A DNA stretch of 64,000 nt from Candidatus Eiseniibacteriota bacterium (GTDB taxonomy: Bacteria; Eisenbacteria; RBG-16-71-46; DASYSL01), in the NCBI GenBank assembly GCA_031413115.1, contig JANOEH010000024.1, positions 336 through 64,335 of the forward strand. The letters run 5' to 3'. The notes beneath the pieces were generated by a model, which saw only the letters and a list, made by a program, of their open reading frames with translations, did no database searches and was not told the origin of the DNA. This document shows positions 40,782 to 49,632 of the stretch, in pieces. The translations under genes were made by a program, and so were the position numbers. Each line of letters opens with the position of its first letter. Positions within the stretch are counted from its first letter, which is position 1.

Positions 40782-41405
40782 TTACGGAGCGCCGCGCGCG
40801 TTCTCGCGGCGGACGCTCTCGATGACTTCGCTGTAGTAGGGCTTCTCCTTGAGGCTGGCGTATTCGCCGGGAAACATGACGAACGTGATGTCCGCGGAAT
40901 GGTCGGAGAAGCCGTTGAGGACGATCGCGCAACGGTGGCCGCCCAGCAGCCGGGTGTTGTCGATCATCGGGAAATCGAAGTAGCTCACCTTGAACGCCGC
41001 GGTCTTGGTCTGCCGTCCCAGCGCCGGGTCCGGCGTCTCGACCGTGAGCTGGACGTCGAGCTCCTTGCTGACCCGGTCGACGGCGTTGATGTCGATCCGG
41101 ATCGTCGACTGCAGCGAGTCGAGCATGAGCGTGGCCTCCTCGAGTGACGTGCCCTCGGGGTCCCCGGTCAGGTCGATGCTGCGGTCGAACTTGCGGCCGA
41201 CGCCCTCGAGCACGATCACCTGCTTGCGACCGATCTCGCGGGCGACACGCTCCAGCCGGTCCATGTAGTCGACGTAGTCGGCGCGAACGCCCGCGTTGGG
41301 CGCGGCGGTGATGCCCCGCGCGATGCGGCGCTTGAGGTCGAGGAACAGGGGCTTCAGGTTCAGCGACTCGTGGAAGTTGTAGACCAGCAGCTCGAGGTTG
41401 AGCAC
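40782..41405 (-). CDS. Hypothetical protein (207 aa), no family recognised
   Basis: GTG start overlapping upstream ORF's end by 8 nt; good GC3; soluble, no TM. Confidence 0.55.
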   Translation of the reverse strand: MLNLELLVYNFHESLNLKPLFLDLKRRIARGITAAPNAGVRADYVDYMDRLERVAREIGRKQVIVLEGVGRKFDRSIDLTGDPEGTSLEEATLMLDSLQSTIRIDINAVDRVSKELDVQLTVETPDPALGRQTKTAAFKVSYFDFPMIDNTRLLGGHRCAIVLNGFSDHSADITFVMFPGEYASLKEKPYYSEVIESVRRENARGAP

Positions 41406-41412
41406 GCTGTTG

Positions 41413-41712
41413 TCAAGGTCGCCACAGGTCCGAGGCGCTGACGAAGCTGCCGATGATCGACTGGAACATGTCCTTGCGCAGCGCGCTCTCCGACTCCTCG
41501 CGTCGGCTCATCAGCTCGGAGTAGAGCCGCGCGTTCGTCTCGGCGGCCTGGCGCCGGTCGAGGAACTCCGACGACTTGAATCCGAGCACGCCGATCGCGA
41601 GCGCGGTGAACAACCCGCCCAGCGGCTGGACGAGGACCGCCAGCTTGTCCCAGGAGTCGCGCCTGGCCGGCACGTGCACGTGCGGCGGCTCGTGACCGGG
41701 GGTCTCGCTCAC
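41413..41712 (-). CDS. Small transmembrane protein (~99 aa)
   Basis: GTG 41712 overlaps stop of upstream gene (GTGA); one TM (LAVLVQPLGGLFTALAIGVLGF) then charged helix; high GC3. Confidence 0.4.
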   Translation of the reverse strand: MSETPGHEPPHVHVPARRDSWDKLAVLVQPLGGLFTALAIGVLGFKSSEFLDRRQAAETNARLYSELMSRREESESALRKDMFQSIIGSFVSASDLWRP

Positions 41713-42056
41713 TTGCGGCGCAGGCTCGGCTTGCCATCCTTCTTCTCGAGGATCAGGTCGTAGCGCGTCGCTTCCTTGTTCGAGAAGATGGCGAGCTCGA
41801 CCGGCTGCTTCTCGTACACGAGGGTGAGCGTGCACTTGCCTTCGCCCTTCACCATCAGCTTGAACGAGCCGAACTTGTCGGTCGTCGTCGTGTCGGCGAC
41901 GGTCGTGGCGCCGGGCAGCGAGACCTTGATCTTGACGCCCTCCGGCAGCGGCTTTCCGTCGAGCTTGATGTCGCCGAAAATGCGTCCCGCGGCGGCGGGC
42001 TGCGCGCCGACAAGGACCAAGCCGACGGTGAGGACGGCGAGAACGAATGAACGCAT
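41709..42056 (-). CDS. Small secreted carboxypeptidase-regulatory-like (transthyretin-fold) domain protein
   Basis: 115 aa; AGGAG RBS; signal peptide; GRIFGDIKLDGKPLPEGVKIKVSLPG...TTTDKFGSFKLMV..GKCTLTLVY matches CarbopepD_reg-like pattern; Lys-rich. Confidence 0.6.
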   Translation of the reverse strand: MRSFVLAVLTVGLVLVGAQPAAAGRIFGDIKLDGKPLPEGVKIKVSLPGATTVADTTTTDKFGSFKLMVKGEGKCTLTLVYEKQPVELAIFSNKEATRYDLILEKKDGKPSLRRK

Positions 42057-42187
42057 GGGACGCTCCTGGGGTCGGGCCTGGCGGGAGGCAATCGGGGCGC
42101 GGCAGCCACCGCGGGGGTGGCTGCGCGCGCTCACGGGTATTCTAGGACGGTTTGCCGATCCGGGCCAGAGCCTTGCTCGCGGCCATA

Positions 42188-43120
42188 TCAGCGATAGGTG
42201 CTCTTGACCCGTCCCCACGACGACCCCGCGCTCGGGGTCGCGGCCTCGATGGCGAAGGGGTAGTCCTCGGTCTCGCCGTTTCGAATCTGGCCACCGGGCA
42301 TCGCCGCCGTGCCGTTCCACGGGAAGTCGACGCCGACCGGTTCCTGCGAGATCGAGATCCGCGTCCACGCCGGGCCCACGTTCGGCCCGACGAGAAATGC
42401 CGGCGAGACCATCGAGTTGCAGCCGGGCAGGAGCGTGATCGGATGATTGCGCACCGCCCACTCCCATGCGCAGCCGCCGGTCGGCGGGGGGCAGGTGAAG
42501 TTGTCGTTCCAGTCCCCGTCGGTGTTGAAGTCGACCAGGATGTTGAGGAAGCCCTGCGCCACCGCATGACAGCTGTACGCCTCGTACGGGACCGTCGCGG
42601 GAGTGCAGGCCACGAACGTCGGTTGGGCCAGCAGCCCCGCGTCGGAGCCGTCGGCGAGGCACTCGTCCTGCTCGAACGAAAGCGGCGGATATCCCGGAGT
42701 GACACAATCGGTGGTGATGGCCGGATTGCAGGACGAGGCGCCCCCGCCGAACGGGTTCGTCTTGCCGTCGGCATCGTCGTCGATGCCCATCGGGCCGGTG
42801 TAGCACCCCAGCCAGAAGCTCCCCGGTACGGCGAGGAAGTGCTTCACGTACCCGGTCGGCCCCGGCGGGGAGCTGACGGCCGGGCAGGTGATCGTCTGGG
42901 TCCCGACGCCGCCGGGTAGCGAGCAGGTCGGGAAGTTGCCGATCGCACTTCCCGCCCAGGTGGGATAAGCGGTGAAGCTCTCGGGGGCGTCGCCCCAATC
43001 ATCGAGAAAGCGGAGGCAGTCGTCCGGGCCGTCGACGTCGGTCGCGGCAGCGGGGGGGGCCAGGAGGGTCGCCAGCACGAGCAGGCTCAATGCGGCGAAC
43101 CCGAAGCGATGAAAGGACAT
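42188..43120 (-). CDS. Secreted Cys-rich GEVED-like protein ending in SSWGRVKSTYR tail
   Basis: ~310 aa from ATG ~43120; signal peptide MSFHRFGFAALSLLVLATLLAPPAAA; 12 Cys; FPWNGTAAMPGGQIRNGETEDYPF resembles GEVED domain; C-terminal tail as in 31171..31986. Confidence 0.65.
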   Translation of the reverse strand: MSFHRFGFAALSLLVLATLLAPPAAATDVDGPDDCLRFLDDWGDAPESFTAYPTWAGSAIGNFPTCSLPGGVGTQTITCPAVSSPPGPTGYVKHFLAVPGSFWLGCYTGPMGIDDDADGKTNPFGGGASSCNPAITTDCVTPGYPPLSFEQDECLADGSDAGLLAQPTFVACTPATVPYEAYSCHAVAQGFLNILVDFNTDGDWNDNFTCPPPTGGCAWEWAVRNHPITLLPGCNSMVSPAFLVGPNVGPAWTRISISQEPVGVDFPWNGTAAMPGGQIRNGETEDYPFAIEAATPSAGSSWGRVKSTYR

Positions 43121-43351
43121 ACGGGGCCTCGAAGGGGGGAGGGATGGAAGCAGTGGCGACTCCATTCGCGGGAAGGGCAGCGGCAGCAACAGTAGCCCCG
43201 GGGGCCCCCGGGGTCACGCGGATTCTGCGACCCGGGGAACGCGGCCGGCCCGGTCGGTGTATTCTTGAGAGGAGCCCGCCATGGCTCGTTCACGGTCGGA
43301 GACGACCGCCTCCCCTTCGAACGATGTCCGTATCCGCATGGAGAACCCGTC

Positions 43352-44209
43352 ATGAAGAAGCCGCTTCAAGTTGCCCTCATCGTTGCCGTCGTGGCCCTGG
43401 CGGGGGTCTGCGCCGTCCTGTTTTCCCAGAATCAACAGAGTGCACGAAAGCTCGCGGCCACCGAGACGGCCGAGGGCGAGATCCGCGATCGCTACGGCGC
43501 CACGATCGAGGCGATCGCCGAGATCCAGGACAGCCTGAGCGCGCTCGCGCTCGAGGAGACCGGCGCCCGCCTCGCGCCCGGCGGTGAGCGCACGGCGGCG
43601 AATACCGAGGATGCGCTGGCGCGGATCGCCGCGCTGCGCTCGAGCATCGACGCGAGCAAGGCGCGGATCAACAAGCTCGAGGCCGACCTCCAGGCCAGCG
43701 GTGCCAAGTCGGCCGGACTGTCGAAGCTGATCGTCAACTTGAAGAAGTCGGTCGCCGAGAAGGAGGAGCAGGTCGCCGTGCTCTCGTCGCGCGTCGACTC
43801 CCTCAACACCGAGGTGTCCGGGCTGACCGTCGCCGTCGCGCAGAAGGACGACACGCTGAAGACGCGCACGACGCAGCTCGAGCAGAAGCGCCGCGACATC
43901 GCGACGATCTGGTACGTGATCGGCTCCAAGCAGGAGCTCGAGGAAGCCGGCGTCATCGAGACGAGGGGCGGTGTCCTCGGCCTCGGCAAGACGATCGTGC
44001 CCAGTCCCAATCCCAACGCGGGCGTGTTCATGGGCCTCGACACCGATCGGCTCGACGTGATCCACATCCCGTCTGCCAAGGCCAGGGTGGTCAGCGCGCA
44101 ACCGGTGACGAGCTACGAACTGCGACCGGTCGAGGGCGCGATGGAACTCAAGATCCTCGATCCCGTCGAGTTCCGGCGCATCCGCCAGGTGGTGATTCTC
44201 AAGGGGTAG
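43352..44209 (+). CDS. Membrane-anchored coiled-coil protein with C-terminal globular domain (hypothetical)
   Basis: ATG ~43352; N-terminal TM; ~180 aa of coiled coil (KLEADLQASGAKSAGLSKLIVNLKKSVAEKEEQVAVL...); C-terminal ~90 aa beta-rich. Confidence 0.6.
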   Translation: MKKPLQVALIVAVVALAGVCAVLFSQNQQSARKLAATETAEGEIRDRYGATIEAIAEIQDSLSALALEETGARLAPGGERTAANTEDALARIAALRSSIDASKARINKLEADLQASGAKSAGLSKLIVNLKKSVAEKEEQVAVLSSRVDSLNTEVSGLTVAVAQKDDTLKTRTTQLEQKRRDIATIWYVIGSKQELEEAGVIETRGGVLGLGKTIVPSPNPNAGVFMGLDTDRLDVIHIPSAKARVVSAQPVTSYELRPVEGAMELKILDPVEFRRIRQVVILKG

Positions 44210-44364
44210 CCGGCGAGTTCGGCAGTGCGAGCGGGGCGGTTCGGCCATCGTGTCGGACCGCCCTTCGCATTCCTCGTGCCCGGACGATCGTGTGCGTGCT
44301 CTTGGCGTCCGTCGCCTGCGCGCTCCGTAGCTTCCCCGCCCCTGCCGGGGGTACAGTGCCCGCC

Positions 44365-44925
44365 ATGAACGCTCGATCGCATGCCGCGTGTGTCAGTGTG
44401 CTCCCCGCGCTCGCGTTCGTACTTGCCCTCGCGCTCGGGGCCTGCAGCCACGGGCCCGCGCCGACGGCTACGCCGCCTGCGCCGCTGCCCCGCGAGTCCG
44501 GGAAGGCGACAAAGCCCGCCGATCGCGAGCCCTCTGGCACCGACGCCACGCTCGAAACGGCCGATCGCGACGAGCCCGACGCGGCCTCCGACGACGCGAC
44601 CGATGCAGATGCCGATGCCGAAGGGGGACAGACCGGGCTTGCCTCGTACTACGCGACGAAGTTCGAGGGCCGGCGCACCGCCAGCGGCGAGGTGTATCGT
44701 CGGGACCGGATGACCGCGGCCCACCGCTCGCTGCCGTTCGGCACGCGCGTGCGCGTGACGCGCCTGGCGACGGGCAAGTCGGTCGAGCTCGTGGTCAACG
44801 ATCGCGGCCCGTTCCGCAAGGGGCGGATCGTCGACCTCTCGCGCCGCGCCGCCGAGCAGCTCGATCTGATTCGCGCGGGCGTCGCACGGGTCCGGCTCGA
44901 GGTGCTCGAGCGTCCATCGGATTGA
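44365..44925 (+). CDS. rlpA: Septal ring lytic transglycosylase RlpA-family lipoprotein (DPBB domain)
   Basis: Lipobox LALGAC; acidic linker; GLASYYATKFEGRRTASGEVY...GTRVRVTRLATGKSVELVVNDRGPF matches RlpA DPBB. Confidence 0.85.
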   Translation: MNARSHAACVSVLPALAFVLALALGACSHGPAPTATPPAPLPRESGKATKPADREPSGTDATLETADRDEPDAASDDATDADADAEGGQTGLASYYATKFEGRRTASGEVYRRDRMTAAHRSLPFGTRVRVTRLATGKSVELVVNDRGPFRKGRIVDLSRRAAEQLDLIRAGVARVRLEVLERPSD

Positions 44926-45100
44926 ATCGCCGGATCCCGCCTTGAATGCCCCCCGCGGAAGTGTGAGAGTTCGCACGATCTCGCAGGGTGCCCGGAGCCC
45001 CCGGATGACGCCGCTCCCACGCGCCCCTGCAACTCCGAAGTGCCCCGCAGCGTAGCCACCCCGTCCGTCCCACCTGCAGCTCCCGTCCCGGAGGTTCTCC

Positions 45101-45991
45101 GTGCTTCGCATTCAGGGTCTGGTGAAGGTCTATCCCGGTCCGGTCACCGCGCTCGCGGGGCTCGAACTCGATGTTCCCGCGGGCATGTTCGGCCTCCTCG
45201 GTCCCAATGGCGCGGGCAAGTCCACGCTGATGAAGATCCTCGCCGGCCTGCTCGAGCCTACCTCCGGCTCGATCACGCTCGACGGGGAGGACGTGGTGGC
45301 GCACCCCGAGCGCGTGCGCGCCCGCCTCGGCTACCTGCCCCAGGAGTTCGGCTTCTATCCCCACCTGAGCGGCGAGCAGATGCTCATCCACCTGCTGCGG
45401 CTCAAGGGCGTCGATGCGCCCGGTGGCATCAAGGCGCTGGCGCGCGAGCTGCTCGAGCGCGTGAACCTGGGCTTCGCCGCCCGCCGCGCGGTCAAGTCGT
45501 ACTCCGGCGGCATGCGCCAGCGTCTCGGTGTCGCCCAGGCCATCGCGGGAAGTCCGCGCCTCGTGATCGTCGACGAGCCGACGGCGGGGCTCGATCCCGA
45601 GGAGCGCCTGCGTTTCTATCACCTGCTGACCGAACTGGCGCAGGACCGGATCGTGCTCCTCTCGACGCACATCGTCGAGGATGTCGCCGTCCTCTGCCCG
45701 CGCTTCGCCGTGATCCGCGGTGGGCGCCTGCTGGTGACCACGACGCCGCATGCAGCGCGCCAGGAGCTGGCTGGCGCCATGTTCGAGGGCACTGCCGACG
45801 GCGCCGCGCTGGCAGAACTGCGTGCCCAGGGCCGCGTCACGCAGTCCGTGCTGGTCGAGGGCGTCAACCGCGTGCGCGTGCACCAGGCCGAGGGCACGCC
45901 GCCGGCGGGCTTCGAGCCCGTTGCGCCCACGCTCGAGGATGCCTACCTCGTGCTCATGAACGAGAGCGCGCTCGTGGCGGCCCGGGCATGA
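45101..45991 (+). CDS. ABC transporter ATP-binding protein
   Basis: GTG 45101 with GGAGG upstream; Walker A GPNGAGKST, signature YSGGMRQRL, Walker B LVIVDEP. Confidence 0.9.
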   Translation: MLRIQGLVKVYPGPVTALAGLELDVPAGMFGLLGPNGAGKSTLMKILAGLLEPTSGSITLDGEDVVAHPERVRARLGYLPQEFGFYPHLSGEQMLIHLLRLKGVDAPGGIKALARELLERVNLGFAARRAVKSYSGGMRQRLGVAQAIAGSPRLVIVDEPTAGLDPEERLRFYHLLTELAQDRIVLLSTHIVEDVAVLCPRFAVIRGGRLLVTTTPHAARQELAGAMFEGTADGAALAELRAQGRVTQSVLVEGVNRVRVHQAEGTPPAGFEPVAPTLEDAYLVLMNESALVAARA

Positions 45992-48900
45992 AGCGGTTCC
46001 TCGAGGTTCTGTGGCTCGACCTGCGGGAGATTCCGCGACGCCCGCTGTTCTGGGTGCTGGTGCTGATCCTCGGCTTCATGGCGTTCGCGCTGTCCAACGG
46101 CAACGCGCGCATCGCCTCGGGCGACATGCGCGTGGGCGGCGATCGCGCGTGGCTCACCAGCGAGTTCGCGCAGACGCAGCTCCTCATGGTGCTGGTCGCC
46201 ATCCTCTATTCGTTCTTCGTCTCGATCGCGGCGGGCATGATCTTCATCCGTGACGAGGAGCAGAAGGTCGGGCCGTTGTTGCACGCGACCCCGCTCACGC
46301 CCGGCCAGTACGTGTGGGGCAAGTACTGCGCGGTGCTGCTGGGATTCTTCGGCGTGCTCGGCGTCCACCTGATGACCACGATCTTGTTCAACCACGCGAT
46401 GCCCCACGCCTCGAACCAGGAGGCGATCGGGCCGTTCGTTCCGTGGAACTACCTGAAGCCGGCGATCATCTTCGCCGTGCCGATGCTGGTGTTCATCTCG
46501 GGAACCGCCTACGCGCTCGGGGCCTTCACGCGAAAGGCCGCGCTGGTGTTCGTCGTGCCGATCGCGCTGGTGATTCTTGGCACGTTCTTCCTCTGGGACT
46601 GGTCGCCCGTGTGGCTGTCGCCGTTGGCCGAGCGCGTCCTGCAGTTCATCGACCTGAGCGGTGTGCGCTGGATCAACGAGAACTGGCTCGTGGTCGATCG
46701 CGGCGTGGCGTTCTACAACCGCGCTCCGGTCGGCCTCGATGCGCTGGCGATCGTGCAGCGCTTCGCCTGCCTCGGGCTCGGTCTGGGCGCGGTCGGCCTG
46801 GTACACCTGCGCTTCCCGGCGCTCTTGCGTGGCCCGCGCACGGTCAAGGTGAAGCGCGGGGCACGTGCCGAGGCGCTGGCGCCGGACACGGCGAGCGCCG
46901 GCCTCGAGCGAAGGTCGGCCGGACTGGCGATGCTGAACATGACTGCAAAGGCGCCGGGCTTCCTGCGGTCGGCGTGGAACGTGGCGCGCGTCGAGTTGAT
47001 GGAACTGAAGAGCCACCCGGGGCTTTACCTCTTCGTTCCGCTCATCCTGGTCCAGACGCTGGGCGAGGTGGTCTCGACGGGCGCGTTCGACACGCCGCTG
47101 CTGATGACGCCCGGCAGCCTCGCCGTGCGGCAGATGGGCGCCTTGACGCTGCTCCTGTGCATGCTGATCCTGTTCTACACCACCGAATCGCTGCAGCGCG
47201 AGAAGTCGGCCGGGTTCGCGCCACTGTTCCTCTCGGCGCCCATCCCGACTTCCGCCATGCTCCTGGGCAAGTCGGTGGCGAACGTGGTCGTCGGCGTGAT
47301 CATCATGCTTGCGGCGTTCGCGGGATCGATGATCCTGCTGCTCGTGCAGGGAACGGTGCCGATCCGCCTCGAGCCGTTCCTCCTGTTGTGGGGCGTGCTG
47401 CTCATCCCCACGTTCCTGCTGTGGACCGCGTTCGTGTGCGCCACGTTCACCGTCACGTCGAGTCGCTATGCGACGTACGCAATCGGACTCGCCGCGATGT
47501 CGCTGACCGGCTGGTTCCAGATGCGCGGCAAGATGAGCTGGGTGACCAACTGGGACCTGTGGGCCTCGACGGTGTGGAGCGACATCAGCGTGCTCGAACT
47601 GGACCGCCAGGCGCTGGTGCTCAATCGCCTGCTGGCGCTGGCGCTGGCGGCACTGTTCTTCGCCATCGCCGTGCGCTTCTTCCCGCGCAGCGAGCGCGAC
47701 GCCGCCCGGATCGTCCACGCGCTGAGCCCGCAGCGCCTCGCCGGCCACGCCCTGCGCCTGGCGCCGCTGGTGATCGCTCCCCTGGTTCTCGCGATCGTCC
47801 TCGGGTTCGCCGTGCACGGCGGCCGGGGCGGAGCGGTCGCGCAGAAGAAGGAGCGCGACTACTGGAAGAGGAACAGCGCCACCTGGCGTGATGCGAAGCT
47901 GCCCACGCTGACCGCCGTCGAGCTCGACCTCGAGGTCGAGCCGGACAAGAGCGCGCTCACGTCGTGCGGCACGTACGCGCTGGTCAATCGCACGGCCGAC
48001 ACGCTGGCGGCAATCCCGCTCACCGGCGGACTGCACTGGAAGGACGTGCACTGGACCGTCGACGGCGAGAGCGCGAAGGTGGAGGACCGGGCCGGATTGT
48101 GGGTCGTGCACCCGAAGCGGCCGCTCGCGCCGGGCGATTCGGTCCGCGTCGGGTTCGCGTTCCACGGGCGTTTCCCCGACGGTGTGAGCAAGAACGGCGG
48201 GACCCTGATGGAGTACGTGCTGCCTTCGGGCGTGGTGCTGACCGGGTTTGCCAGCACGGGGATGGCGCCGCTGCTCGGTTACCAGCCCGAGGTGGGCGTC
48301 GAGGAGGATCGCAACAAGCCCGATCCGCGCGAGTATCCGGAGAATTGGTGGACGCGGACGCTGCCGGCGGGCTCACCGATGTTCGACGGCTGGATCACGA
48401 CTCGCCTGCGCGTGACCGGGCCGGCCGACATGCAGCACAATGCCACCGGATTCTGCGAGTCCGACGTGGTGAAGGACGGCCGGCGCACGACAGTCTGGCA
48501 GAGCGATGCTCCCGTGCGGGTCTTCAACGTCGTCATGGGCCGCTGGCAGGTGAAGAAGCAGAACGGCGCAGCGGTCTACTACGATGCGCGTCACCCGTAC
48601 AACGCGCAGGAGATGCTCGACGCCCTGGTCGCCGCCCGCCGCTGGTACGGCGAGTGGTTCGCACCCTACCCGTATCGCGAACTGCGCCTCTCCGAGTTCC
48701 CGGGGCTCGCCAACTACGCGCAGGGTCCGCCGACCAACATCACGTTCTCGGAGAACATCGGCTTCCTCACCAAGAGCGAACCCAAGGCGAACCTGGCGTT
48801 CTGGGTCGCCGCCCACGAAGCGGCACACCAGTGGTGGCCGCTGATCGTGATGTCCGCCGATGGCCCGGGCGGCGAGGTCCTGTCCGAGGGGATGGCGCAC

Positions 48901-49626
48901 TTCTCGACCATCCTGCTGGTCGAGCAGGCACGCGGACTCGAGCAGCGCCTGGCGTTCTGCCGGCAGATCGAGGATCGCTACGGCAATCTCAGGCGCAGGG
49001 ACAGCGAGCGCCCGCTCGTGCGCATGGATGGCCAGCTTCGCGAAGAGGGTCAGATGATCTACGACCGGGGCGGGTTCGTGCTGTGGATGATGTTCCGGCT
49101 GATGGGCGACGAGGCGGGGCGCGCCGGCCTGCGTGACTACATCGCGACCTACCGCGACTCCGAGGACAAGCCGCTGCTCGAGGACCTGCTCCACGTGATG
49201 CGTCGGCATGCGCCGGATCCCGCGGCGTTCGACGCCTTCACGGCGCAGTGGTTCTTCGACACGGTGGTGCCGGAGTTCCTGGTCGACACGCCGGCGCTCG
49301 CGCACGAGGGCGACACGTGGACCACGGTGGCGAAGGTGCGCAATGTCGGCAGCGGGCGCCTGAGGGTGGTCGTCGCGGCCACGCGTGGCGAACGCTTCCC
49401 CGACGCGAAGAAGACCGCGAAGGGCGAGCCCTACGCCGATGCGCGGACCGTCCTCGAGCTCGGACCGGGCGAGGAGAAACCGGTCATGATCGAGAGCGGC
49501 TTCGAGCCCGAGAGAATCGTCGTCGACCCGGACGTCGAGGTGCTCATGCTGCGGCGGGCGAAGGCGCAGGTGCCGATCGAGAACAAGCCCGCGGCCGGGG
49601 CGGCGCTTGCCGGGAGCGATCGGTAG
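45988..49626 (+). CDS. ABC-2 type permease fused to M1-family (aminopeptidase N-like) zinc peptidase domain
   Basis: ATGA overlap with ATPase; ~12 TM segments in first ~650 aa; C-terminal domain with FSENIGF (GAMEN-like), HEAAHQWW (HExxHxW) and SEGMAHF (second Glu) motifs. Confidence 0.85.
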   Translation: MKRFLEVLWLDLREIPRRPLFWVLVLILGFMAFALSNGNARIASGDMRVGGDRAWLTSEFAQTQLLMVLVAILYSFFVSIAAGMIFIRDEEQKVGPLLHATPLTPGQYVWGKYCAVLLGFFGVLGVHLMTTILFNHAMPHASNQEAIGPFVPWNYLKPAIIFAVPMLVFISGTAYALGAFTRKAALVFVVPIALVILGTFFLWDWSPVWLSPLAERVLQFIDLSGVRWINENWLVVDRGVAFYNRAPVGLDALAIVQRFACLGLGLGAVGLVHLRFPALLRGPRTVKVKRGARAEALAPDTASAGLERRSAGLAMLNMTAKAPGFLRSAWNVARVELMELKSHPGLYLFVPLILVQTLGEVVSTGAFDTPLLMTPGSLAVRQMGALTLLLCMLILFYTTESLQREKSAGFAPLFLSAPIPTSAMLLGKSVANVVVGVIIMLAAFAGSMILLLVQGTVPIRLEPFLLLWGVLLIPTFLLWTAFVCATFTVTSSRYATYAIGLAAMSLTGWFQMRGKMSWVTNWDLWASTVWSDISVLELDRQALVLNRLLALALAALFFAIAVRFFPRSERDAARIVHALSPQRLAGHALRLAPLVIAPLVLAIVLGFAVHGGRGGAVAQKKERDYWKRNSATWRDAKLPTLTAVELDLEVEPDKSALTSCGTYALVNRTADTLAAIPLTGGLHWKDVHWTVDGESAKVEDRAGLWVVHPKRPLAPGDSVRVGFAFHGRFPDGVSKNGGTLMEYVLPSGVVLTGFASTGMAPLLGYQPEVGVEEDRNKPDPREYPENWWTRTLPAGSPMFDGWITTRLRVTGPADMQHNATGFCESDVVKDGRRTTVWQSDAPVRVFNVVMGRWQVKKQNGAAVYYDARHPYNAQEMLDALVAARRWYGEWFAPYPYRELRLSEFPGLANYAQGPPTNITFSENIGFLTKSEPKANLAFWVAAHEAAHQWWPLIVMSADGPGGEVLSEGMAHFSTILLVEQARGLEQRLAFCRQIEDRYGNLRRRDSERPLVRMDGQLREEGQMIYDRGGFVLWMMFRLMGDEAGRAGLRDYIATYRDSEDKPLLEDLLHVMRRHAPDPAAFDAFTAQWFFDTVVPEFLVDTPALAHEGDTWTTVAKVRNVGSGRLRVVVAATRGERFPDAKKTAKGEPYADARTVLELGPGEEKPVMIESGFEPERIVVDPDVEVLMLRRAKAQVPIENKPAAGAALAGSDR

Positions 49627-49632
49627 GCGTCG

